Counted from the stretch's first letter, positions 8,810 to 18,475 are shown. The stretch: 50,961 bases of DNA from Minisyncoccota bacterium (GCA_028696375.1 JAQVHD010000001.1:1-50961), one strand, 5' to 3'. The notes: a model not told the origin generated them from the letters alone. Program-made: numbers and translations.

Positions 8810-9325
8810 ATGAAACGAAAAAAAGATAAAATTCAGAATGGTTTTACGGTGGTAGAAACATTAGTTGCTTCAACTCTGTTTTTGATTGTTTTGACCATTA
8901 CAACTTCCACTTTTTTACTTAGCTTGAGAACACAACGTTTTCTTTTGGCTTCTGTTAATGCCACAGAAAACATCTCCTATGCTTTAGAGGTAATGGGGCG
9001 TGAAATCAGAATGGGAAAAGAATTCTTTTCGCCCACTGCTGATACGTTAAATTTTTTGCTCACTAAAGACGGAGTCGAAAAGGCGATTGTTTATCGTTTA
9101 AATAATTATCAAATTGAACGATCAATTGGCGGGGGGCCTTTCGTGGCTTTAACTTCGCCTGACGTTCGAGTAATGGATCTGACCTTTATTCCTCAAGGGA
9201 CGGCGCGGGGAGATGGCGAACAGGCACGAATTACAGTTCTTTTGCGAATTGCCAGTTATGCAGGCGGCAAACAACTCGAAACAAATCTCGAGACAACATT
9301 AAGTAGTCGTCAGCCAGAAAGTTAA
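8810..9325 (+). CDS. Pseudopilin-like protein (PilW-like minor pilin)
   Basis: ATG at 8810, just after the preceding stop. N-terminus ...QNGFTVVETLVASTLFLIVL. Confidence 0.7.
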   Translation: MKRKKDKIQNGFTVVETLVASTLFLIVLTITTSTFLLSLRTQRFLLASVNATENISYALEVMGREIRMGKEFFSPTADTLNFLLTKDGVEKAIVYRLNNYQIERSIGGGPFVALTSPDVRVMDLTFIPQGTARGDGEQARITVLLRIASYAGGKQLETNLETTLSSRQPES

Positions 9326-9326
9326 A

Positions 9327-9692
9327 ATGAAAATTAATAAAGAAAAACAATTGAAAAATCAACAAGGACAAGCCATGCTTATTACGATGCTTATTTTAAT
9401 GTCTTCTTTTCTGATTAGTATGGCTTTGGGGAGTTTGGTGCTATATGAATTAAAATCCATGATTTTTACCGGGGAATCGGTTAAGGCACTTTATGCCGCC
9501 GAGAGTGGTTTAGAATGGCAACTTTATCAAGTTAACCACTCCACTGGCGAAGGAGAAGAAAGCGCAAGGCCTATTATGACGAACGGCACTAGTTTTACAG
9601 TTACTCTTATTTCTAATAATGAAGGATATATCACTATTCGTTCTGTAGGAAAAAGCATTAATACTTATCGAGCCCTCGAAGTTATATATTAA
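9327..9692 (+). CDS. PilX-like minor pilin/pilus-associated protein
   Basis: 121 aa with an N-terminal GQAMLITMLILMSSFLISMAL hydrophobic segment. Last gene of the pilin cluster. Confidence 0.5.
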   Translation: MKINKEKQLKNQQGQAMLITMLILMSSFLISMALGSLVLYELKSMIFTGESVKALYAAESGLEWQLYQVNHSTGEGEESARPIMTNGTSFTVTLISNNEGYITIRSVGKSINTYRALEVIY

Positions 9693-9708
9693 TTCGTTCT
9701 ATAATTTT

Positions 9709-11817
9709 ATGGATCAAAAGATTACGAAAGAGGAGGCTAAAAAAAGAATTGAGAAATTAAAAAAAGAAATAAATTATCACCGTTATCTTTATCATGTTTT
9801 AGACAAAGAAGAGATTTCACCCGAGGCGCTTGATTCACTTAAAAAAGAACTTTTCGATCTTGAGCAGCGATTTCCTGATTTAATTAGTCTCGATTCGCCC
9901 ACCCAACGAGTAGGCGGCAAACCACTAAAAGAATTTAAAAAAGTAAAGCATCCGACGCCGATGCTTTCTTTTAATGATTGTTTTTCTGAAGATGATATGC
10001 GCGCTTGGGAAAAACGATTTATGGATTTTTTAGGAGGCAAAGTTCATCGTTCAGATAAATTTTACTATTGCGAGCTAAAATTTGATGGTTTGGCTATTGA
10101 GCTTCATTATCAAGATGGAATTTTTGTTTGTGGAGCGACACGGGGTGATGGATATGTCGGTGAGGATGTAACACAAAATTTAAAAACTATTGAATCCATA
10201 CCCCTACGTTTATTAGAAAAAGAAGAAGTCCTAGCCAATTTGAAAAAAGAAGGCCTGAATCATATTGTTGCCCGGCTGGAGAAAAACTTTCCGAAGGAAA
10301 TTGTTGCCCGCGGCGAAGTTTTTATGAGCCGTAGAGACTTCGAGGCGTTGAACAAGGAACAAATTAAAAAACATCAGAAACCATTTGCCAATCCTCGTAA
10401 TGCTGCAGCGGGTTCGGTGCGGCAATTGGATCCGAAAGTAACTGCAAGCCGCAAACTGGATTCCCACGCTTATAGTTTGGTAACTGATTTGGGTCAAAAC
10501 ACCCACGAAGAGGAGCATCTGATTCTGAAGGCCTTTGGCTTTAAAATTGACCGTCATAGTGAACCCGCTAAAAACTTAGAAGAAGTTTTTGCTTATCATG
10601 ATAAGTGGTGGAAGAGTCGAGACCATTTGCCTTTTGAAATTGATGGCGTAGTCGTAATCTTAAATAATGAGGAAGATTTTCGGCGCGCTGGGTATGTGGG
10701 AAAAGCGCCGCGTGCCGCCATCGCTTATAAATTTGCCTTGAAGCAAGCGACGACCCAAGTACTTGATATTATCGTTCAAGTAGGTCGCACCGGCGTTTTG
10801 ACTCCTGTTGCTATTTTGAAACCAGTGAACGTGGGTGGCGTAACGATTTCGCGCTCGACTTTGCATAATTTTGAAGAAATCAAACGGTTGGGATTAAAAA
10901 TTGGCGATACGGTGATTGTGGGTCGGGCCGGAGATGTCATTCCTCAAATTCTTCAGGTTTTGCCCGATTTGCGTACTGGTAAAGAAAAAGAATTTCAAAT
11001 TCCTGAAAAATGTCCGATGTGCGGTTCTAAAGTGGTTAGGGATAAGGAAGGGATAATTTATCGCTGCAGCAATAAAAATTGTTTTGCAATGAATCGACGG
11101 CGCTTGTACCATTTCGTTTCTAAGGCAGCTTTTGACATTGAGGGTGTCGGGCCAAAAATTATTGATCGTTTGCTGGACGAAAATTTAATTAGAGATGCTG
11201 CCGACCTTTTTCAACTAGAGAAGGGTGATTTAGCAACTTTGGAACGCTTTGGCGAAAAATCAGCTGAAAATATTATTAACTCTATTACAAGTCATAAAAA
11301 AATTGATTTGGTGCGTTTTCTTTATGCTTTAGGGATTAGACATGTCGGCGAAGAAACCGCTGATGTTTTAGCCGATCAGCTAGAAGCAATTCAGCAAATT
11401 AAAAAACCCACCGATGTTTTGGTGGCTATGAAAAAAATTTCTTTGGAAAGTTTGCAGGGGATTGAAGACATTGGACCAAAAGTAGCTGCCAGCATTAAAG
11501 AGTTTTTTGAAGATAAAAAAAACACTGAATTAATAAAAAAATTAGAAGAAGTCGGGATTGAAATCATTCCGCGACCAAAAGAGGGTAAAAAACTCAAAGG
11601 CAAAGTTTTTGTTCTCACTGGGACACTAACGAGCATGAGCCGAGAAGAGGCTAAAGAACGCATTCGTCAGTTGGGTGGAAAAGTTTCCTCAACGGTTTCA
11701 AAAAATGTCAGCTATGTTGTCGCTGGAGCGGAACCGGGTTCCAAATATCAAAAAGCGCAGGAATTGGGAGTAAAAATTATTGGAGAAGAAGAATTTTTAA
11801 AGATTCTTTTATCTTGA
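9709..11817 (+). CDS. ligA: NAD-dependent DNA ligase
   Basis: 702 aa with the adenylation motif CELKFDG, OB fold, Cys4 zinc finger (CPMCGS...CSNKNC), HhH repeats and a C-terminal BRCT (GKVFVLTG...). Confidence 0.95.
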   Translation: MDQKITKEEAKKRIEKLKKEINYHRYLYHVLDKEEISPEALDSLKKELFDLEQRFPDLISLDSPTQRVGGKPLKEFKKVKHPTPMLSFNDCFSEDDMRAWEKRFMDFLGGKVHRSDKFYYCELKFDGLAIELHYQDGIFVCGATRGDGYVGEDVTQNLKTIESIPLRLLEKEEVLANLKKEGLNHIVARLEKNFPKEIVARGEVFMSRRDFEALNKEQIKKHQKPFANPRNAAAGSVRQLDPKVTASRKLDSHAYSLVTDLGQNTHEEEHLILKAFGFKIDRHSEPAKNLEEVFAYHDKWWKSRDHLPFEIDGVVVILNNEEDFRRAGYVGKAPRAAIAYKFALKQATTQVLDIIVQVGRTGVLTPVAILKPVNVGGVTISRSTLHNFEEIKRLGLKIGDTVIVGRAGDVIPQILQVLPDLRTGKEKEFQIPEKCPMCGSKVVRDKEGIIYRCSNKNCFAMNRRRLYHFVSKAAFDIEGVGPKIIDRLLDENLIRDAADLFQLEKGDLATLERFGEKSAENIINSITSHKKIDLVRFLYALGIRHVGEETADVLADQLEAIQQIKKPTDVLVAMKKISLESLQGIEDIGPKVAASIKEFFEDKKNTELIKKLEEVGIEIIPRPKEGKKLKGKVFVLTGTLTSMSREEAKERIRQLGGKVSSTVSKNVSYVVAGAEPGSKYQKAQELGVKIIGEEEFLKILLS

Positions 11818-11940
11818 TTCGTATTCGTCATCTTGTGTTAGCTGTTGGAGCTATTTTGCACTTTATTTTAGTCTTTCTTATTTTCCTCTTTTATTTATCC
11901 TTACTTTGCCTTTTTGGCATTTTGTGCTAAAATAAAAACA

Positions 11941-12249
11941 ATGGAAAGGGGCAATTTAATTAATGAAAAAACGATTGAACATTTATCCGAATTAAGCCGG
12001 ATTAAATTAACGCCCGCAGAAAAGCAAAGATTCGAAAAGGATTTAAATGCCATTCTCGATTATGTCAATCAGCTTCAGGCCGTTGATACCGCAAGCATTA
12101 ATTTAGATGAAGAATTACTTAAAATAAAAACGGCTCTGGAAGCGGCGGAAAAAACAGAAAAAGAAAAATTATCCTTTGAGCGCGACGATTTAATCGATGG
12201 CTTTTATGATCGCAAAGAAGACTGGTTGAAAATCCCGCCCATTTTTTAA
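11941..12249 (+). CDS. gatC: Asp/Glu-tRNA amidotransferase subunit C
   Basis: ATG start chosen (the track start is TTG). LSELSRIKLTPAEKQRFEKDLNAILDYVNQL is typical GatC. It lies directly upstream of gatA. Confidence 0.8.
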   Translation: MERGNLINEKTIEHLSELSRIKLTPAEKQRFEKDLNAILDYVNQLQAVDTASINLDEELLKIKTALEAAEKTEKEKLSFERDDLIDGFYDRKEDWLKIPPIF

Positions 12250-12252
12250 TTT

Positions 12253-13701
12253 ATGATTACTTTACACGAACTGACAATTAAAAAAATTCATTCATTGCTG
12301 CTTCAAAAAGAAATCAGTGCTTTTGATTTAACAAAAGAGTTTTTTGATTATATTGAAACTAAAGACAAAGAGATTAATGCTTATCGTTTGCTCTTAAAAG
12401 ACGAAGCTTTGCGGCAGGCGAATGAAATTGATAAAAAAATCGCGGCCAGTGAAAATATTTCTTTTTTAGCTGGTGTGCCGTTGGCGATTAAGGATAATAT
12501 TTTAATCAGAAATTATCTTACCACTGCTGGTTCAAAAATGCTTGCTCATTATCGCGCGGCTTATGACGCGATGATTATCCAAAGCTTAAAAAAAGCCGGC
12601 GCAATTTTTTTGGGCAAAACCAATCTGGATGAGTTTGCCATGGGATCTTCCAGTGAAAATTCTGCTTTTGAAAAGCCCAAAAATCCTTTAGATTTAAGCC
12701 GGGTGCCCGGTGGTACAAGTGGCGGTTCTGCTGCGGCTGTTGCTTCTCATCAAGCTGTGGCAGCGCTTGGTTCTGATACCGGTGGTTCAGTACGCCAACC
12801 AGCGAGTTTCTGCGGTCTTGTTGGCCTTAAACCAACCTATGGTGCAGTTTCGCGTTTTGGATTAATTGCAATGTCCTCCTCACTTGACCAAATTGGGCCT
12901 ATTGCTAAAAATGTTGAAGATGCCGCTTATATTTTAGAAATAATTGCCGGAAAAGATTCCCGCGATGAAACCAGTGAAAATTTTCAATTTCAAGCCCGGT
13001 CCATTTATGAAAGAAAGGATCTCAGAGGAATAAAAATCGGTTTAGTAAAAGAAATTGAAACCAGTTCTTTTGAAAAGGATTTAGCTCTTAGTTATCAAAA
13101 AAGTCTGACTTGTTTGCAGCAATTAGGTGCGACCATCGAAGAAATTTCTATTCCTCATATATCTTTGAGTTTACCTTGTTATTATGTTTTGATGCCTGCG
13201 GAAGTGAGTAGCAATTTGGCTCGTTTTGATGGTCTCAGATATTCGCCTTCAGAAAAAGCCGGCTCCTTAAAAGATGTTTATTTTGAAACGCGCGGTGAAT
13301 ATTTTGGTCCAGAAACAAAAAGAAGAATTATTTTAGGCACTTTTGTTCTTTCGAGCGGATATTATGATGCTTATTATCTGAAGGCGCGACTGGTGCAGGC
13401 TTTAATCAAAAAAGAATTTGAAGAAGCTTTTCAAAAAGTGGATTTATTAGTTTGGCCAACAACTCCGACGCCAGCTTTTAAATTCGGAGAAAAAACAGAA
13501 GATCCTTTGGCTATGTATTTGTCTGATATTTTTACCGTGCCAGCGAATATTGCAGGCGTACCAGCAGTTTCTGTGCCAATTTATGGTGAAGAGCCATTGC
13601 CTTATGGTTTGCAATTTATTGCTTATCATTTTCAAGAAGCTAAAATGTTAAACGCCGCTTATTTATTTGAACAAATTTCAAATTATGGAAAATTTTTATA
13701 A
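12253..13701 (+). CDS. gatA: Asp/Glu-tRNA amidotransferase subunit A (amidase signature)
   Basis: 482 aa with the amidase signature GGSSGGSAAAVA-like stretch (GGTSGGSAAAVAS) and GSDTGGSVRQPASFCG. Confidence 0.95.
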   Translation: MITLHELTIKKIHSLLLQKEISAFDLTKEFFDYIETKDKEINAYRLLLKDEALRQANEIDKKIAASENISFLAGVPLAIKDNILIRNYLTTAGSKMLAHYRAAYDAMIIQSLKKAGAIFLGKTNLDEFAMGSSSENSAFEKPKNPLDLSRVPGGTSGGSAAAVASHQAVAALGSDTGGSVRQPASFCGLVGLKPTYGAVSRFGLIAMSSSLDQIGPIAKNVEDAAYILEIIAGKDSRDETSENFQFQARSIYERKDLRGIKIGLVKEIETSSFEKDLALSYQKSLTCLQQLGATIEEISIPHISLSLPCYYVLMPAEVSSNLARFDGLRYSPSEKAGSLKDVYFETRGEYFGPETKRRIILGTFVLSSGYYDAYYLKARLVQALIKKEFEEAFQKVDLLVWPTTPTPAFKFGEKTEDPLAMYLSDIFTVPANIAGVPAVSVPIYGEEPLPYGLQFIAYHFQEAKMLNAAYLFEQISNYGKFL

Positions 13702-14224
13702 TACTTTAAATTATTTTCTGGATCAGCTTGACCATTTTTTTAGTTTGCCAATTGTCAATAAAATAAAATATATTGTTTTATTTTTAACCTTGATTTTAAT
13801 TGTTATCTGGGTAATTTTATTAATTAAAACCAATAAAATTCAAGATCAAATTGAAAAATATAAGAATTTTTGGCTGGGTCGAAAATATGAGAAAAAGCAT
13901 TTGATGGCAGCGTGGCGTAATATCGAGCGGTTGATAGCAGCCGGTGACAAGGAGTCCTTAAAACAATCCTTTCTTTTAATGAATGAGTTACTCTCTGAAG
14001 TCTTAAATAGAATCAACTCGCCAGGTGACGATCTTATTGATAAAGTGAAAAATTTAAAAATTGCCGAGCTTAACGAATCAGATAAGGCCAAATTATTAGT
14101 GGGCGTTTATGCTTATGATAAAGTAAAAAATGATCCCAATTTTAATTTAGAGCCGCACGAAATAAAATACTTCTTTAAACTTTACAAGCAATTTTTTATT
14201 CAACTTGAACTTTTAGAAGAATAA
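13685..14224 (+). CDS. Hypothetical membrane protein
   Basis: ATG at 13685 (the track start 13667 is TTG). One TM helix (IVLFLTLILIVIWVILLI). It occupies the slot where gatB often sits. Confidence 0.5.
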   Translation: MENFYNTLNYFLDQLDHFFSLPIVNKIKYIVLFLTLILIVIWVILLIKTNKIQDQIEKYKNFWLGRKYEKKHLMAAWRNIERLIAAGDKESLKQSFLLMNELLSEVLNRINSPGDDLIDKVKNLKIAELNESDKAKLLVGVYAYDKVKNDPNFNLEPHEIKYFFKLYKQFFIQLELLEE

Positions 14225-14226
14225 AT

Positions 14227-16422
14227 ATGGCTAACAAAAATAACTACAAAGAAAAAAATAATAAAAAAGAAGAGAATGTTGAATTTACAGCTCAATTAAA
14301 GACAGAAACCAAGAAAACTATTATTGGCATTATTTGTCTTGGGGCGGCCATCTTGTTTATTTTAAGTTTTTTCCGTCTTGCTGGCCCATTTGGTTATTTT
14401 CTTTATGACACCTTCTATTATTTGTTTGGTTGGGTTTATTTTTTCTTACCGGTTATTTTGGTGGGTGCCGGCATTATTTTTATGGGTTCTTGGCGGCGAC
14501 ACCTTTATCTCTCAACTATTATTGGCCTGTTTTTAATAACCGTTGGTATGTTGGGTATTTCCGATTTGATAAAGCCACTTTCCGCAGGATTGTTTGGCGA
14601 GGGTATTGGTGCAGTGGAGCAGGTTTTTGGATTTTGGGGAGGAATCGTTTTTTGCCTTATTGTTTTTGTTGTGGGATTAGTAGTGGCATTTAATTGGTCT
14701 TTTAAATTAAACAAAAACAAAAAACCAGCTGCTGAAAAAATTGCTCAGAGTAGTATTATGGTTGAACCCGTTAAAGAGGTGACGATTAAAACTAACGAAA
14801 CAGAAGATAGGAAAAACGAATCAAAAAGTAAGTTAACCAATGTAATTAAAGAAGAATTAGATAAAGCAGAAAAAAAGAAGGCTGGAAAAAACAATAATTT
14901 TAAAAAAGAGACTTTTATTAGCAAATGGAACTTTCCGCCTATTGATTTATTGGAAAAGGAAAGTGGTAAACCGACCAGCGGTGACATTAAGGCCAATGTT
15001 AATATCATAAAAAGGACTTTGGCTAATTTTGGCATTCCAGTTGAAATGGGTGAAGTTTACGTTGGTCCAACTGTAACTCGATATACCCTAAAGCCAGCAG
15101 AAGGCGTTAAATTATCAAGAATTGTTGCTCTTCAAAACGATCTTTCTTTAGCGTTAGCCGCTCATCCCATTCGTATTGAAGCGCCGATTCCTGGTCAATC
15201 GCTTGTCGGCATCGAGGTGCCTAATAAGCAAAAATTAACAGTGCGGTTGCGCAATCTGATTGAATCGGATCATTTCTTAGATAGCGATCTTTTAGTTTTC
15301 CCTTTGGGTCGGGATGTGGCCGGTGAACCGGTATTTGTTGATCTCGCGAAAATGCCTCATTTATTAGTTGCTGGCAGCACTGGTTCTGGTAAATCAATTA
15401 CAATCCACTCTCTTGTTTGCAGCCTGTTATACAAAAATACACCTGAAACTTTACGATTTATTCTTGTGGATCCTAAGCGAGTTGAATTGTCCATTTATAA
15501 TCATTTGCCGCATTTAATTTCCGATGTCATTACTAATCCGAAAAAAACCATTTTGGCTTTGAGATGGGCCGTTAATGAAATGGATGAGCGATATAATCGC
15601 TTACTGGCAAGCGACGTACGCGATATCAATGGCTATAATCAAAAAATGATGAAAGAAAAAAAGCCTTTAATGCCTTACCTCGTCATTATCATTGATGAAT
15701 TAGCTGATTTGATGGTGGCTTATGGTCGAGAAATTGAAGCGGCGATTGTACGTTTAGCTCAGATGGCGCGAGCTACGGGCATTCATCTTATTGTTTCGAC
15801 CCAGCGACCGTCAGTCGAAGTAGTGACTGGATTAATTAAAGCTAATATCACTTCTCGTATTGCTTTACAGGTTGCGAGTCAGGTTGATTCTCGGACTATT
15901 TTAGATATGGCTGGAGCCGAAAGATTACTAGGCCGGGGCGATATGCTTTATTTAGCCGGTGATACTTTTAAACCAAGACGTATTCAAGGTATTTATATTT
16001 CTGAAAGTGAAGTACAAAAAATTGTAAAATACATTGTTGATAATAATGAAGATTATGAAACAGAAGAAGAAGCGATGGATTTTGAAAAAGAATTAGAGAA
16101 GCAGATGCAGGAAATTTCGTTGAATAATACCGGAGGAGAAGATTTGGAAATGGATGAACTTTATCCGGAGGCGTATAAATTAGTCGTCAATAGTGGTAAA
16201 GCTTCTGCTTCTTTTCTGCAACGTCGTTTGCGGGTGGGATATGCTCGAGCCGCGCGATTACTTGATCTTTTAGAAGAGCGCGGAGTGATTGGGCCAGGAG
16301 AAGGAGCTAAGCCTAGAGACGTTTTGGTAAAGCTTCCCAATGCCCCTGAGCCTGTTTCAGAAGAATTAGGAACAGATGAAGTGGATGTTAGTGATGAAAC
16401 TGGAGAGGAAGTTGAAGATTAA
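14227..16422 (+). CDS. ftsK: DNA translocase FtsK/SpoIIIE
   Basis: 731 aa with N-terminal TM helices, Walker A GSTGSGKS, Walker B IIIDELADL and a C-terminal gamma winged-helix (ASASFLQRRLRVGYARAARLLD). Confidence 0.95.
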   Translation: MANKNNYKEKNNKKEENVEFTAQLKTETKKTIIGIICLGAAILFILSFFRLAGPFGYFLYDTFYYLFGWVYFFLPVILVGAGIIFMGSWRRHLYLSTIIGLFLITVGMLGISDLIKPLSAGLFGEGIGAVEQVFGFWGGIVFCLIVFVVGLVVAFNWSFKLNKNKKPAAEKIAQSSIMVEPVKEVTIKTNETEDRKNESKSKLTNVIKEELDKAEKKKAGKNNNFKKETFISKWNFPPIDLLEKESGKPTSGDIKANVNIIKRTLANFGIPVEMGEVYVGPTVTRYTLKPAEGVKLSRIVALQNDLSLALAAHPIRIEAPIPGQSLVGIEVPNKQKLTVRLRNLIESDHFLDSDLLVFPLGRDVAGEPVFVDLAKMPHLLVAGSTGSGKSITIHSLVCSLLYKNTPETLRFILVDPKRVELSIYNHLPHLISDVITNPKKTILALRWAVNEMDERYNRLLASDVRDINGYNQKMMKEKKPLMPYLVIIIDELADLMVAYGREIEAAIVRLAQMARATGIHLIVSTQRPSVEVVTGLIKANITSRIALQVASQVDSRTILDMAGAERLLGRGDMLYLAGDTFKPRRIQGIYISESEVQKIVKYIVDNNEDYETEEEAMDFEKELEKQMQEISLNNTGGEDLEMDELYPEAYKLVVNSGKASASFLQRRLRVGYARAARLLDLLEERGVIGPGEGAKPRDVLVKLPNAPEPVSEELGTDEVDVSDETGEEVED

Positions 16423-16448
16423 ATCGATTGATTAATAGTTTTAGTTTT

Positions 16449-17126
16449 ATGTTTGGAGAATTTTTATCTCAAAAAATAGAAGAGAAAAACTTTAGCGTTG
16501 AGGATTTAGCTCGCTTAGCAGGCATTCCCGAACATTACCTCAGAGCTTTATTAGAAGAAAATTTTGCCCATCTTCCAGCTAATGTTTTTGTAAGGGGCTA
16601 TTTAAAAAAGATTGCTTCGATTATTGAGGTTGATGAAGAAGATCTATGGCAATTGTATTTAAAGGAACATAACAACATTATGCCACCGCAGGTGGATATG
16701 TTGCCTACCAACCGATTTGAATCAAAAGGAAAAACTATTTTCGAGATTCTCAGGGCTCTGCGTTATGTACCTATCTGGGCTATTATTATTACTGCTATTG
16801 GTTTTATTTTATTTCAGGGGAAAAATCTCTTTGGAGAACCACGATTGCAAGTTAATAGCCCTGTTTTTGAAAACATCGAAACATTAGAGAATCCTTTTGT
16901 TCTTGAAGGAGAAGGGCAACCCCATAGTTACATTTTAATTAATGGCAAAGAAATTTATTTGAGCGATGATGGGAAGTTTTCAGAGCCAATTCAATTAAAG
17001 CCTGGTTTAAATAAAATCATTATTGAGGCAAGTAATCGTTTAGGCAAGAAAAAGACAATTACCAGAAATATTTATTTTGAATCCTCGACTACAGCACCGC
17101 CCTCCTTGCCTAAACCTACTGAGTAA
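16449..17126 (+). CDS. RodZ-like HTH membrane protein
   Basis: N-terminal HTH (FSVEDLARLAGIPEHYLRALLE), a central TM helix and a C-terminal beta domain. ATG chosen over the TTG at 16428. Confidence 0.55.
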   Translation: MFGEFLSQKIEEKNFSVEDLARLAGIPEHYLRALLEENFAHLPANVFVRGYLKKIASIIEVDEEDLWQLYLKEHNNIMPPQVDMLPTNRFESKGKTIFEILRALRYVPIWAIIITAIGFILFQGKNLFGEPRLQVNSPVFENIETLENPFVLEGEGQPHSYILINGKEIYLSDDGKFSEPIQLKPGLNKIIIEASNRLGKKKTITRNIYFESSTTAPPSLPKPTE

Positions 17127-17139
17127 TTTTAAATTTATG

Positions 17140-17178
17140 AGAGGACAGCAAATTTTCGAAGAAAATTTGCTGTCCTCT
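17140..17178 (+). terminator. Hairpin of the TTTTC-GAA-GAAAA family
   Basis: agaggacagcaaattttc-gaa-gaaaatttgctgtcctct, downstream of the RodZ-like gene. Confidence 0.45.
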
Positions 17179-17180
17179 CT

Positions 17181-17209
17181 TTGACATTTTTGTTTCCTTA
17201 TTCTAAACT
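17181..17209 (+). promoter_or_regulatory. Sigma70-like promoter of the LbH gene
   Basis: TTGACA, 17 nt spacer, TAAACT. AAGGAGG at 17238-17244 lies 6 nt before the ATG. Confidence 0.45.
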
Positions 17210-17250
17210 AAGGGCAGTAATTTGATTTTAATATTTAAAGGAGGTGAATC

Positions 17251-18141
17251 ATGGATTACTCTTGTTTTATTGACAGAGAAGTTTTTAGAACCGGAAATGT
17301 AGCAGAATCATTACCAGAAACGGATGTTATAATTGGTTCCCACAGTGAAATTTTCCCGCCAACTCATTTAGATGGAGAAATTAGGATTGGTATTTATAAT
17401 TCAGTATGGGGATCTTTTCTTCAAGGCGTAAGCACCTTGGCGGAATGCAGAATTTATTATGCTCAAATTTTTGATAGTCAATTAGGCAATGATGTTAAAG
17501 TGGAGAATGCTCTTATAAAAGACAGTAAACTCGGTGATAAAACATATGTGGGACCAGGCGCTTCTCTTAATCGAGTGATTGCCGAAAATGAAGTAAAGAT
17601 CCCCCACGTTGTTTATTTAAGTGATCTGAAAATCGGTGCCCAAACCAACGTCGCTGCAGGCGTTATTACTTGTAATTTTGATGGAGTAGAAAAACATGCT
17701 TCTGCTGTCGGAAAGAAATGTTTTCTTGGGGTGGGGGTTCATTTAATCGCGCCCTGTCTTTTAGAAGATGAAGTATTCGTAAGTGAGGGTATTAGTATTC
17801 TTCCTTCTACCCGAATCAAGAAACATTCTTTAGTAGCTGGATCAGGCAAACAATATAAAGTTCATGAAAATCGTTGTTTTTATATACAAGGTGTAGGATG
17901 GATTATTACTCTTTCGAGCACGAATCCAGAATTATTTCAACCCATTCAGAAAAAAATTTTCGAATGGCAAGAGTGTTTACCGAATCAGACGTTATTTGAT
18001 ATTAAAAAATGGTTTTTGACAACGAAGGCGGATTTGGATTTTCAGAAGCCGATTGACTATTTAAGAGATCCAGATGAGAAGAAGATGGAAAAAATAATTA
18101 AATTGATCGAATTAAAGATTAAGTCCTCAACTGCAAGTTGA
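17251..18141 (+). CDS. Left-handed beta-helix (hexapeptide) acyltransferase-like protein related to the GlmU C-terminal domain, with an unknown C-terminal extension
   Basis: NVAAGVITCNFDGVEKHASAVGKKCFLGVGVHLIAPC parallels the GlmU acetyltransferase core (GAGTITCNYDG..K....IG..VF.GS...LVAP). There is no nucleotidyltransferase domain. The roughly 100-aa C-terminal tail is unrecognised. Confidence 0.7.
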   Translation: MDYSCFIDREVFRTGNVAESLPETDVIIGSHSEIFPPTHLDGEIRIGIYNSVWGSFLQGVSTLAECRIYYAQIFDSQLGNDVKVENALIKDSKLGDKTYVGPGASLNRVIAENEVKIPHVVYLSDLKIGAQTNVAAGVITCNFDGVEKHASAVGKKCFLGVGVHLIAPCLLEDEVFVSEGISILPSTRIKKHSLVAGSGKQYKVHENRCFYIQGVGWIITLSSTNPELFQPIQKKIFEWQECLPNQTLFDIKKWFLTTKADLDFQKPIDYLRDPDEKKMEKIIKLIELKIKSSTAS

Positions 18142-18147
18142 GGACTT
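18121..18147 (+). terminator. Intrinsic terminator overlapping the CDS end
   Basis: aagtcctcaac-tgcaa-gttgaggactt followed by TTTATTT. Confidence 0.6.
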
Positions 18148-18222
18148 TTTATTTAAGACCTGAGCAATTTGATTTTTTCGGAGAAAAAGTTAAAATAAAT
18201 TCAATAAATGCTTTTTGACACA

Positions 18223-18295
18223 GGGCCTGTAGCTTAGCTGGTAGAGCGCCTCGATGGCATCGAGGAGGTCAGGGGTTCGAGTCCCCTCAGGTCCA
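18223..18295 (+). tRNA. tRNA-Ala (anticodon GGC)
   Basis: Hand-folded 73-nt cloverleaf: acceptor GGGCCTG/CAGGTCC with the G3:U70 Ala identity pair, anticodon loop ATGGCAT, T-loop TTCGAGT. CCA is not encoded. Confidence 0.9.
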
Positions 18296-18475
18296 CATTA
18301 GACGATTTCTAAAAATTCGCCGCCGCAATTTTTCATATTTCGCTTTGCGAAATGCGCCGCTAAGGTGTGTTACCCCTGCCCCTCCCACCCATACGCGGGC
18401 AACGATAAGGGACTCCCGTTAATATATTGCATAAAATTTATGACCATGATACTATAAGTACATCAAAGTTATTAA

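Noticed and set aside
13685-14224. Missing gatB after gatC-gatA as an anomaly.
   Set aside because: gatB is frequently encoded elsewhere. Absence from a 51-kb window says nothing about the genome.
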